From contig OY760175.1 in the NCBI GenBank assembly GCA_963663165.1, forward strand, positions 6,176,001-6,240,000: a stretch of 64,000 nt of DNA. Direction: 5' to 3'. The translations under genes were made by a program, and so were the position numbers. Source of the DNA: an uncultured Desulfospira sp. Its GTDB lineage: Bacteria; Desulfobacterota; Desulfobacteria; Desulfobacterales; Desulfobacteraceae. The notes under the pieces were generated by a model. The model saw nothing but the letters and a program-made list of their open reading frames with translations, searched no databases and had not been told where the DNA came from. Shown one piece after another: positions 21,211-30,359 of this stretch. The first letter of the stretch is position 1. Every line of letters begins with the position of its first letter.

Positions 21211-21462
21211 ATGGCGGACAATCTTTACACATTGAAATCACCGGTGATGGGAACTTTTTACAGGGCTTCGGCCCCTGGTGCGCCGCCTTTGGCCGAAGTC
21301 GGCAAAGCGGTCAAAGAGTCCGATATCCTCTGTGTCATTGAATCCATGAAAATTTTCACCGAACTGCGAAGCGAGGCCAACGGGGTGGTTAAAGAAATCC
21401 TGGTGGAAAACGAGGAGCCGGTCATGAAGAATCAGGACATCATGATTATCGAAAAAAAATAA
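21211..21462 (+). CDS. Stand-alone biotin carboxyl carrier protein (biotinyl domain only)
   Basis: SPVMGTFY, IESMKIF biotinylation motif, 83 aa. Confidence 0.9.
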   Translation: MADNLYTLKSPVMGTFYRASAPGAPPLAEVGKAVKESDILCVIESMKIFTELRSEANGVVKEILVENEEPVMKNQDIMIIEKK

Positions 21463-21486
21463 GTTGGGTTCAGGGAAAAATATAAA

Positions 21487-22839
21487 ATGGATATCAAGCG
21501 GATTTTAATTGCCAACCGGGGGGAGATTGCCTTAAGGGTGATCCGGACCTGCCGGGAAATGGGCATTCACACCATTGCGGTGTACTCGGATGCGGACAAG
21601 GACAGCCTTCATGTCAAGGCCGCCCATGAGGCGGTTCATGTGGGGCCGGCCTTGAGCCATAAAAGTTATTTGAATATGGACCGGATCATGGCCGCGGTGG
21701 AGACATCCAATGCCGATGCGGTCCATCCGGGCTACGGGTTTTTATCGGAAAATTCAGGTTTTGCCAGGGCATGTGAGGAAAAGGGGGTGACCTTTATCGG
21801 CCCCTTGGCCGACACCATTGAACGGGCAGGGGATAAGTCCGCTGCCCGCCAGACCTTAACGGATTTAGGGGTTCCGGTGATCCCGGGCAGCCGGGATGTG
21901 CTGTCTTGCGCCGAAATGGCCTGTGAAACCGCCGATAAGGTCGGCTACCCGGTGATTCTCAAGGCATCCGGCGGCGGGGGTGGCCGGGGGATGCGGATTG
22001 CAAAAAATAAAGAAGAACTGGTCTCTGCCTTTGCCATGGCCTCAGGGGAGGCGGCAGCGGCTTTCGGCAACCCGGACATCTACCTTGAAAAATATATTGA
22101 AAAGCCCCGGCACATTGAAATCCAGATTTTAGGGGATCAGTACGGCAACTATGTCCACCTCAACGAGCGGGAGTGCAGCATCCAGATGCGGTACCAGAAA
22201 CTCATTGAAGAGGCCCCGTCCCCCTTTGTGGACAACGATTTAAGGACGGCCCTGGGGCAGACCGCCCTGAAAGTGGCCCGGGCCATTAATTATGTCAATG
22301 CCGGCACCATGGAGTTCTTAGTGGATAAGGATAAGAATTTTTACTTCATGGAGGTCAATGCCAGGGTCCAGGTGGAGCATCCGGTCACCGAATATATTAC
22401 GGGGGTGGATATTGTAGAGCAGCAGATCCGCATGGCCAGGGGAGAAAAACTTGAATTGAACCAGGAAGACCTTTCCCCCCAGGGCTGGTCAATGGAGTGC
22501 CGGATCAATGCCTGTGACCCGGATGACAATTTCATGCCCTCACCGGGGCAGATTGAGTCGGTCCGTTTTCCCGGGGGGGTGGGGGTCCGCCTGGATACCC
22601 ATATTTATGACCGGTACATGGTCAGCCCCTTTTACGACTCTCTGATCGGCAAGCTCATTGTCCATGCCAAGGACCGGCCTTCGGCCATTGGCCGCATGAG
22701 GCGGGCTTTGGATGAATTCGAGGTGACCGGGATCGCCACCACCATTGAGTTTTATAAAAAAGTGTTTGAGAACCGGGCGTTTCAGGAAGGGGAGATGACC
22801 ACCCATTTTCTGGAAGAACAGATGTTGGGGAAGGCTTAA
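21487..22839 (+). CDS. accC: Biotin carboxylase (AccC-like)
   Basis: ANRGEIA, HPGYGFLSEN, GGGGRGM, RVQVEHPVTE. Confidence 0.92.
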   Translation: MDIKRILIANRGEIALRVIRTCREMGIHTIAVYSDADKDSLHVKAAHEAVHVGPALSHKSYLNMDRIMAAVETSNADAVHPGYGFLSENSGFARACEEKGVTFIGPLADTIERAGDKSAARQTLTDLGVPVIPGSRDVLSCAEMACETADKVGYPVILKASGGGGGRGMRIAKNKEELVSAFAMASGEAAAAFGNPDIYLEKYIEKPRHIEIQILGDQYGNYVHLNERECSIQMRYQKLIEEAPSPFVDNDLRTALGQTALKVARAINYVNAGTMEFLVDKDKNFYFMEVNARVQVEHPVTEYITGVDIVEQQIRMARGEKLELNQEDLSPQGWSMECRINACDPDDNFMPSPGQIESVRFPGGVGVRLDTHIYDRYMVSPFYDSLIGKLIVHAKDRPSAIGRMRRALDEFEVTGIATTIEFYKKVFENRAFQEGEMTTHFLEEQMLGKA

Positions 22840-22906
22840 AGGCTGAAGGCTGAAGGCTGAAGGATGAAAAGGCCACCGGCTTATAGGAAAAATATGGAGA
22901 GATAAA

Positions 22907-23689
22907 ATGGAAAATAAAGAAGGGCTGTGGCTCCAGGATATGACCTGGCAGGAGGCAAAACAGATTATTGAAGAGAGTGGGAGGACCATCCTGCTGCCCG
23001 TGGGCAGTACGGAACAGCACGGATATCATCTGCCCCTGGGCACCGATACCATGGTGGCCATTGATCTGGCCGCCAAAGCGTCCCAAAAGGCCCGGGTGCC
23101 CGTGGCCCCGCCCCTCTGGTTCGGGTGGAGCCCCCATCACATGGTGCTGCCCGGAACCATAACCATCCGCCCGGAAATCCTGGCCGAGCTGGCCTTTGAC
23201 GTCATATCCTCTCTTTCCCGCCACGGGTTTGAGAATTTTGTCCTGATCAACGGCCACCGGATCGTGAATATTACCTGGATGCAGATCGCCGCTGAAAGGG
23301 CCAAACGAGAACTGTCCGTCAACCCGGTGATTTTTGACCCGGCCTATATGTCCAAAACCATTGTCAAAAAAATGGGCTGGGGCAGCGTGGGGCATGCCGA
23401 AGAGATCGAAACCTCCCAGATGATGCACTGCCGGCCGGATCTGGTTCACATGGACCGGGCCGTGGACCACCCCCACACCCCGGCGGATCTCTACAGCGTG
23501 GACCCGGCCTTTGAGGGGGACACCCTGTGCTATGTGCCCTCAAGCCCCAAAGAGATGAAGGCCCTGGTCAAGGCTTCCGGCGGAACCTCAGGCGAACCCA
23601 CCAAGGCGTCGGCCGAAAAAGGGAAGGTCTATTTTGACCACCTGGTCTCACGGCTGGTGGCGGTGGTTCAAAATTTGAGAACACCCTGA
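22907..23689 (+). CDS. Creatininase/creatinine amidohydrolase family protein
   Basis: GSTEQHGYHLPLGTD, SPHH..PGT, NGH, HA.E.ETS. Confidence 0.9.
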   Translation: MENKEGLWLQDMTWQEAKQIIEESGRTILLPVGSTEQHGYHLPLGTDTMVAIDLAAKASQKARVPVAPPLWFGWSPHHMVLPGTITIRPEILAELAFDVISSLSRHGFENFVLINGHRIVNITWMQIAAERAKRELSVNPVIFDPAYMSKTIVKKMGWGSVGHAEEIETSQMMHCRPDLVHMDRAVDHPHTPADLYSVDPAFEGDTLCYVPSSPKEMKALVKASGGTSGEPTKASAEKGKVYFDHLVSRLVAVVQNLRTP

Positions 23690-23693
23690 TTTT

Positions 23694-24170
23694 TTACAAG
23701 TCAACCATCCGTTTATAGATTCCCGGGCTGGACCCGGGAATCACGGTGGCTGATGCGGCTTTCTTATAAAATTCAATCTGATTCTCATCAACCCACCCGG
23801 CAATGGCGTATCCGTATTCATTGTCCCACATGTCCCTCAGGCAGGAAAAAAGAAGCCTTTTACCAATTCCTTTTTTTCGTTGACCGGGTTTAATCCCAAT
23901 GGGGCCGATGTATCCTTTGGCGGTTGCGTCATAACAGGCAAACCCGACAATGATGTTTTCCTTTACACCGATGAAACAGGAGATGGGGGCCTTTGAAAAA
24001 CTTCGGTCACATTCATTGGCCCATCGGTCATTAAATTCTCTTCGGATAAATTCAGTCACCTTGCTTTTGTCCACAGCCAGGGGCCGGACGATTTTGAAAC
24101 CTTCATCAAACCGTTCCTTGGGATAGGTTCCCAAGGGCAGATCATATAATTTTATCAGTAAATCCGGCAT
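23694..24170 (-). CDS. GNAT-family N-acetyltransferase
   Basis: GFACYD, GPIGI....RKKGIGKRLL acetyl-CoA motif. Confidence 0.85.
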   Translation of the reverse strand: MPDLLIKLYDLPLGTYPKERFDEGFKIVRPLAVDKSKVTEFIRREFNDRWANECDRSFSKAPISCFIGVKENIIVGFACYDATAKGYIGPIGIKPGQRKKGIGKRLLFSCLRDMWDNEYGYAIAGWVDENQIEFYKKAASATVIPGSSPGIYKRMVDL

Positions 24171-24418
24171 GGTTGTCCTATTGTTTTCGATGCGTTGAAG
24201 GCGTTATATGTGCGGGCCCTTCAGTTGAAATGATTATACGCCGGGCAGAGCCAATGTGCAAACCCGTAGCCGTAAAAGCAGCCTTTTTGAATTTAATGCA
24301 TAACCAAGAAACTGGAAACAAGAGACAAGAAAGGAGTCGGATTAATGGCATAATCCTTTGAACCCGCCTCCGAATCGCTATCGGAATCAAACGAATCTTG
24401 AAACCAATTTCAATTTTG

Positions 24419-24572
24419 GGTTGGAGCGGGCCATGCCCGCGATTCGATCGCGGGCATGGCCCGCTCCAACCTATCATCTGCCGAAAATATGATGATGGAT
24501 ACCGGATGTTGCGGTGGTGTTGGGCGCCCGTAGGGGCGATTCATGAATCGCCCCTACATGAATCGCCCCTAC
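24419..24572. repeat. Cluster of REP-like palindromes
   Basis: GGTTGGAGCGGGCCATGCCCGCGAT-TCG-complement (24419-24471); GTAGGGGCGATTCATGAATCGCCCCTAC with partial tandem copy (24530-24572). Confidence 0.75.
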
Positions 24573-24792
24573 ACCGTCATCATCTGTAATAATGGCAATC
24601 CAAAATTCCATTTTATTGAAGTGTAATATTAAAAATGCGCCTGCCCTGATATAAGGGCCGGATTTTTATGGCAACAAAGGCAAAAAATTTGAGTCCTTGG
24701 CCAAAATGGGGTAAAAGCATGTCTCAAAGTTTTTAGAAAATTGCATTCGGATCGGATTGGGAATGCCATAACCACAGATAAAGAGAGGAAAC

Positions 24793-26709
24793 ATGAGCGC
24801 GTTAAGTTTGACACATAAGATCCTTAAGAATCACCTGGTTGAACCGGCCCGGCTGCCGGCACCCGGGGAGTTGATCAAGATCAGGATCGATGAGGCGTTT
24901 ACCCAGGATGCCACGGGCACCATGTGCATGCTTCAACTTGAAGCCATGGGCGTCGGCAAGGTAAAACCCCTTTCAGTAAACTTTGTTGACCACAGTATGC
25001 TTCAATCGGGTTTCAGAAACCCGGATGACCACCAGTACCTGAGAACCGTTGCCGCAAAACTGGGCATCATCTTTTCACCGCCGGGGACCGGTATCTGTCA
25101 TTTTACCAATATGGAAAATTTTGTTAAACCGGGCATGACCGGTGTGGGCGCGGACAGCCATACCGTCAATGCCGGGGGCTGCGGTGCAGTCTTCATGGGT
25201 GCCGGCGGATATGACGTGGCCCTGGCCATGGCCACCGGCATGTACACCATGCCCATGCCCAAGGTGACCAAAGTCAACCTGACCGGCCGGCTGGCCAAGA
25301 ACTGTATGGCCATGGATATCATCCTGAAGATGCTTGAGATTGTCTCTGTAAAAGGCGGCAAGGGCATTATCTTTGAATACACCGGTCCCGGGGTTGCCAC
25401 CCTGTCTTTGACCGAACGGGCCACCATCACCAACATGGGCGCCGAGATGGGGGCGACCACCTCAATCTTCCCCAGTGACGACAACACCAGAGCCTATCTG
25501 GAAAGCCGGGGCCGGGGCCAAGACTACACCGAACTGTCTGCCGATGAGGGGGCATCCTATGATGGTGAAATTAATGTTAACCTGTCTGAGATCGAACCTT
25601 TGATCGCCATCTATCCCTCTCCGGGCAATGTTGAAAAAGTGAAAGACCATGAAGGGACCAAAATCCATCAGGTCTGTATCGGTTCCTGCACCAACAGCTC
25701 CTTTGAAAACATTGCCGCCTTTGCAGAAGCGCTTAAAGGCAAACGGGTCAAAGTGGATACCATGCTCTATCCCGGCTCCCGGTCCGTTGCCATGCAGCTG
25801 GCCGATGCCGGTTACATTAAAATGATGTTCGAGTCCGGTGTCAGAATCATGGAGAACGGCTGCGGTGCCTGCATCGGCCAGGGCGGTTCCCCCCCAAGCC
25901 AGGGCATTACGTTGAGAACCTTTAACCGGAACTTCCCCAAACGGTCCGGGACCGATGATGCAAAATGTCATCTGATCAGCCCCCTGGTTGCCGCTGCCAG
26001 TGCCCTGACCGGCGTGATTACCCTTCCCGAAGCCAAAGAGATCCCCATTACCGTTGTGCCGCCTGTGATCGACACCGCCTCTTTCATCATGCCGGATAAA
26101 GCCGACAAGTCCGAAGGCGTTGTCCGCGGTCCCAACATCATGGCCCTGCCTGAATTCTCGCCGCTGCCCGGCATTGTGACAGGCGAAGTCCTGCTCAAGA
26201 CCGGCGATAACATCAGTACCGATGACATCCAGCCGGCCGGTACCTTCCTGCCGCTTCGCTCCAATGTGAAAGAATACGCCATGCAGGCCACTTACAAGCT
26301 GGTGGACCCCACCTTTGCAAAGCGCGCGGCAGCCCATAGAGATGCCGGCAGGGAGGGGTTCATTATCGGTGCTGAAAACTACGGTCAGGGAAGCTCCCGG
26401 GAACATGCGGCCCTGTGTCCAAGATGGCTCGGTATCCGGGCGGTGATCGTTAAATCCTTTGCCCGGATTCATGTGGCCAACCTGGTTAACTTCGGCATCG
26501 TTCCCATGACGTTTAAGAATCCGGCCGACTATGACAAGATCACCCAGGGCGACACGGTCTCCTTTGATGCCGCAGACCTTTCCGGCGATCTGTTCCTTGA
26601 CGTCAATGGCGAAAAACTGCCCCTGGAGCCCGCTTTTGACAAAGACATGATCCCTACCCTGAAACTGGGCGGGGCCCTGGCTCAGTTCAAGGCAACCTTC
26701 AAGGGGTAA
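24793..26709 (+). CDS. Aconitate hydratase (short ~640-aa type)
   Basis: QDATG, DH, GADSHT, GSCTN, CGACIG, NRNF, C-terminal swivel with NYGQGSSREHA. Confidence 0.9.
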   Translation: MSALSLTHKILKNHLVEPARLPAPGELIKIRIDEAFTQDATGTMCMLQLEAMGVGKVKPLSVNFVDHSMLQSGFRNPDDHQYLRTVAAKLGIIFSPPGTGICHFTNMENFVKPGMTGVGADSHTVNAGGCGAVFMGAGGYDVALAMATGMYTMPMPKVTKVNLTGRLAKNCMAMDIILKMLEIVSVKGGKGIIFEYTGPGVATLSLTERATITNMGAEMGATTSIFPSDDNTRAYLESRGRGQDYTELSADEGASYDGEINVNLSEIEPLIAIYPSPGNVEKVKDHEGTKIHQVCIGSCTNSSFENIAAFAEALKGKRVKVDTMLYPGSRSVAMQLADAGYIKMMFESGVRIMENGCGACIGQGGSPPSQGITLRTFNRNFPKRSGTDDAKCHLISPLVAAASALTGVITLPEAKEIPITVVPPVIDTASFIMPDKADKSEGVVRGPNIMALPEFSPLPGIVTGEVLLKTGDNISTDDIQPAGTFLPLRSNVKEYAMQATYKLVDPTFAKRAAAHRDAGREGFIIGAENYGQGSSREHAALCPRWLGIRAVIVKSFARIHVANLVNFGIVPMTFKNPADYDKITQGDTVSFDAADLSGDLFLDVNGEKLPLEPAFDKDMIPTLKLGGALAQFKATFKG

Positions 26710-26733
26710 TCATACCCCCTGTATAATTTATAT

Positions 26734-26759
26734 TGCCGGGGAAACACCATTCCCCGGCA
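26734..26759 (+). terminator. Hairpin after aconitase
   Basis: TGCCGGGGAA-ACACCA-TTCCCCGGCA flanked by AT-rich sequence. Confidence 0.5.
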
Positions 26760-26781
26760 TATATTAAGATAGATATTGGAG

Positions 26782-26828
26782 GGGGCAGAATAAAGTTAAG
26801 GATGCAACGTTTAATTTTACTCTGCCCC
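26782..26828. repeat. REP-like palindrome (GGGGCAGAATAAAGTTAA...TTAATTTTACTCTGCCCC)
   Basis: Related copy at 28513-28558, after the second aconitase end. Confidence 0.65.
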
Positions 26829-27034
26829 AATTATTTGCACGGCCAAAGTGTAAGGTAAAAAAAGCCTATTCTTTCAGGTTCCTTTTTACCCCTCCCAATG
26901 CCGGTCAGTCTGATGCCCAGCTGCACCAGGCGGGCGGGTGCCGGAACCGGATAAAAGATCCCCGTCGCTTGACACAAAACCTGGTATTACGTACAATAAG
27001 TATCAATCAATACGTCAAATAAAAGGGGTTTGAT

Positions 27035-27277
27035 ATGAATACAAAACTTACATTGCGGCTTGAAGAGGATCTGATCAAGTCTGCCAAAAGATATGCAAGC
27101 ATGAGCGGCAAATCTGTTTCTCAAATGGTTGCAGATTACTTCTACGTTTTAGATAAAACCAATTTGAAAAAGAGACAACAGATCACGCCTATTGTAAAAT
27201 CGTTAAAAGGCTCTTTGAGAAATCCTGATCTTAATGAAACGGATTATAAAAAATATCTTGAAGAAAAATATCTGTGA
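27035..27277 (+). CDS. Putative antitoxin (DUF6364-like, RHH)
   Basis: KLTLRL...AKRYA..GKSVSQMV..YF; overlaps the PIN gene. Confidence 0.75.
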   Translation: MNTKLTLRLEEDLIKSAKRYASMSGKSVSQMVADYFYVLDKTNLKKRQQITPIVKSLKGSLRNPDLNETDYKKYLEEKYL

Positions 27278-27696
27278 AGATTCTTTTTGATACAAATGTT
27301 GTTCTTGATGTAATGATGAATAGAGCCCCATTTGCAGAGCCCGCAAGTCAGCTAATGTCTCTTGCTGAAAGTGGACAAATTACCGGACTGTTATGTGCAA
27401 CAACAGTGACAACGATTCATTACCTGTCGACCAAGGTTTTGGGATCGGCCAATGCACAACATAAAATCAAAGATCTGACAACACTATTCGAGATTGCTAC
27501 TGTGAACAGGGCTGTGATTGAGGATGCACTTGATTCCGGATTTACAGATTTTGAAGATGCCGTTATCTACCAGGCTGGCCGCCATGCAGGGGCAGAAATT
27601 ATTGTTACGAGAGATCCCAAAGGGTTTAAACGATCTGAATTGCCGGTTTATGATTCTAACGAAATGTTAAAAGTAATTCAATTATTAGATTCTTAA
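27274..27696 (+). CDS. PIN-domain toxin (VapC-like)
   Basis: ILFDTNVVLD, DFEDA, IVTRD. Confidence 0.85.
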   Translation: MKILFDTNVVLDVMMNRAPFAEPASQLMSLAESGQITGLLCATTVTTIHYLSTKVLGSANAQHKIKDLTTLFEIATVNRAVIEDALDSGFTDFEDAVIYQAGRHAGAEIIVTRDPKGFKRSELPVYDSNEMLKVIQLLDS

Positions 27697-27750
27697 ACGG
27701 GAATCAAATAATCGTTAATCTCCCCCCGAAATGGCGCCTTTAGAAAGGCC

Positions 27751-27864
27751 TTATTCTATTTCAATTATCCGTTTATAGATTCCCGGACTGGATCCGGGAA
27801 TCACGGTAGCCGATGCGGCTTTTTGATAAAATTCAATTTGATCCTCATCAACCCATCCGACAAT
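27751..27864 (-). pseudogene. 3' fragment of a diverged copy of the GNAT gene
   Basis: Translates IVGWVDEDQIEFYQKAASATVIPGSSPGIYKRIIEIE* versus IAGWVDENQIEFYKKAASATVIPGSSPGIYKRMVDL* in 23694..24170. Confidence 0.85.
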
Positions 27865-27902
27865 CATTCAAGCTCGTCCCGGATAACTTCAAGTTGTTCA
27901 AG

Positions 27903-28472
27903 ATGACCCTGCCTGAATTCTCGCCGCTGCCCGGCATTGTGACAGGCGAAGTCCTGCTCAAGACCGGCGATAACATCAGTGCCGATGACATCCAGCCGGC
28001 CGGTACCTTCCTGCCGCTTCGCTCCAATGTGAAAGAATACGCCATGCAGGCCACTTACAAGCTGGTGGACCCCACCTTTGCAAAGCGCGCGGCAGCCCAT
28101 AGAGATGCCGGCAGGGAGGGGTTCATTATCGGTGCTGAAAACTACGGTCAGGGAAGCTCCCGGGAACATGCGGCCCTGTGTCCAAGATGGCTCGGTATCC
28201 GGGCGGTGATCGTTAAATCCTTTGCCCGGATTCATGTGGCCAACCTGGTTAACTTCGGCATCGTTCCCATGACGTTTAAGAATCCGGCCGACTATGACAA
28301 GATCACCCAGGGCGACACGGTCTCCTTTGATGCCGCAGACCTTTCCGGCGATCTGTTCCTTGACGTCAATGGCGAAAAACTGCCCCTGGAGCCCGCTTTT
28401 GACAAAGACATGATCCCTACCCTGAAACTGGGCGGGGCCCTGGCTCAGTTCAAGGCAACCTTCAAGGGATAA
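27903..28472 (+). pseudogene. Duplicated 3' 570 bp of aconitase (swivel domain)
   Basis: Matches 26140-26709 at offset 1763; three differences seen by eye (27906, 27981, 28469). Confidence 0.9.
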
Positions 28473-28570
28473 GAATACCGGCCATATAGTTTATATGGCC
28501 GGGAAAACAGAAGGTCAGAATAAAGTTAACAACCCTGCGTTAATTTTATTCTGACCCCACACCCCGCTAT

Positions 28571-29176
28571 TTATTTTTTCCTGCGCGCTATACCGGTAAG
28601 GCCTATTATTCCGGAGCCCAAAAGAAACATTGTTGATGGTACTGGGACTGCGGATAATGTCCAAACCGCGTAAACATAGTGAGCCGGGTTGTATATCGAC
28701 CATAATGTGTCCGACGCTGTTCCATCCCCTGACTCCTCTTCATAATTTGACGCCGATACATATTGGATACTATATTGTGTATCACTGCCAGACTGGGTGG
28801 TATAGTAACCATATGGTGTGTTTATAACGTTAAATGAATAGGTATAACCTGCTTTCTTTCCATCCAGGACCAGTGATGGATCTGTATCGTAATCGGATAC
28901 CAATACCTGCTCCAATAAAGCTTGTGATGCAGCCTCAGCTTCCCGGGCTGTCGAGAAGGTAAACGTGTATCCATTAGTATTATCCCAAAAGATGGCATAT
29001 GCATGGTTATCTACAAACTCCACATCATAAAGCACGCCATCTATGCTCACCCCAATAGCGCCATTTAACAGGCCAGTACTATCAAATGTTAATACCAATG
29101 CTTCAGCACGGCTCAGGCCGAAAACAAAAATAAACGCACTGAAAAGTAAGTCCATCTTTTTAATTAACCTTAGCAT
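28571..29176 (-). CDS. PEP-CTERM-type (VPVP variant) exported surface protein
   Basis: Signal peptide; C-terminal AVPVPSTMFLLGSGIIGLTGIARRKK sorting signal; AT-rich. Confidence 0.85.
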   Translation of the reverse strand: MLRLIKKMDLLFSAFIFVFGLSRAEALVLTFDSTGLLNGAIGVSIDGVLYDVEFVDNHAYAIFWDNTNGYTFTFSTAREAEAASQALLEQVLVSDYDTDPSLVLDGKKAGYTYSFNVINTPYGYYTTQSGSDTQYSIQYVSASNYEEESGDGTASDTLWSIYNPAHYVYAVWTLSAVPVPSTMFLLGSGIIGLTGIARRKK

Positions 29177-29373
29177 TTCTTTCTCCTTTCTTATTCCTGT
29201 CTTTTTGTGAAAGTCTTTCGAAAAAATAAGACTTTCGATCTTTGTAATGGGCCGGACCGGATTAACAATCCGGTCCGGCCCGTGTGGCCGTTATAGAAAA
29301 CAATGTACGGCTTGCTGTGCATAGAAAAAAATTTGAACCATGTCATTTAATTTTCTTTTCTTACTTTGATATG

Positions 29374-29388
29374 GCAAGTTGCATGCCA
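29374..29388 (-). promoter_or_regulatory. Sigma-54 promoter for the PEP-CTERM gene
   Basis: Minus strand TGGCATGCAACTTGC (GG-N10-GC) about 200 bp upstream of the ATG. Confidence 0.6.
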
Positions 29389-29489
29389 TGGGAACAAAGA
29401 TTCAAACCGGTGCGGAGATCAGCAACGAAAATTTGGCTCAGGAGCCTTGACAGGCTTGCTTTTGACAGATTGGTTCCATTAGATTGGCC

Positions 29490-30250
29490 GTGGTTCCGGC
29501 CACAGGAACCCAAGAAGGGGACCGGCACGCCCCAGACCGCCATGAGGCCGTCGCCGGCAATTTTGTCCATCATGCCGCCATTGGAAAGGACCATGTCGGC
29601 AAAGCGGCCAAGGGTCTGGGAGAGCAGGGCAACCAGCTCCCGGGCCGGCAGCCGGGAGGCCAGACCGGTAAAATCCTGAATATCCAGGAACAGGACCGAA
29701 CCCTCAAAGAATTCCCCGCCCGGGTTGAGCCGGTCCGGATGCTTTAACAGATAATCCACCACCCCGGGGGGAGGTATACCTGGAAAAAATTTGTCTGATG
29801 TATGTTTTGGCTTTCCACAGGTCCAGGTTCCGGATCAAAAGACAGCCAAAGATGATCCCCAGTACCGGCAGCACAATCCCGGCCGGCGGAATATAGATCC
29901 GGTACCAGGAGAAGGAAAGAAAGATCAGGCCGGACAGGGCCGCCATAGACACCAGGGCCGCCATCACACCGGTGCCGGGCCGGCAGCCCGACAACAGCCA
30001 TGGGGTCATGAGGCTAAACAGTGCCACAAGGCCCGCATAGGGAAATCGGCCCATTTCATGAATCCTGTCTGAATGCAGGTACCCTGCGGCCACGTTGGCC
30101 TGAATTTCAACCCCGGACATCTGCCCGGCCCCAAATCTGACATGGGGGGTTGAATGGTGGTCGGCCAGCAGGGATGTCAGGCTGACGGTGTTTTTTGTGG
30201 AAAACCCCACAAACACCAGCTTATCCCGAAATATGCCGGCAAGGTGGTGG
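29490..30250 (-). pseudogene. Remnant of a CHASE2-adenylate/guanylate cyclase
   Basis: FRDKLVFVG...MSGVEIQAN (CHASE2 end), three TM segments, FSRY, frameshift near 29765, VLFLDIQDFT..DKIAGDGLMAVWGVP; truncated at both ends, boundaries approximate. Confidence 0.8.
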
Positions 30251-30359
30251 GTTTCAGGGGTCGTTGGGGTCAAGCCGCCGGGCCTGCTCAAGCATGTCCA
30301 GGGCCTGTTTAAACCGCAATGATAAACCCGTCACAGACAACCATGGCCGCCATCACGGT

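Noticed and set aside
27813..28472. 219-aa ORF as a genuine LeuD-like small subunit
   Set aside because: Its N-terminus is GNAT antisense plus a scrap and the rest is a near-identical copy of the acn end; no RBS evident, though expression cannot be excluded
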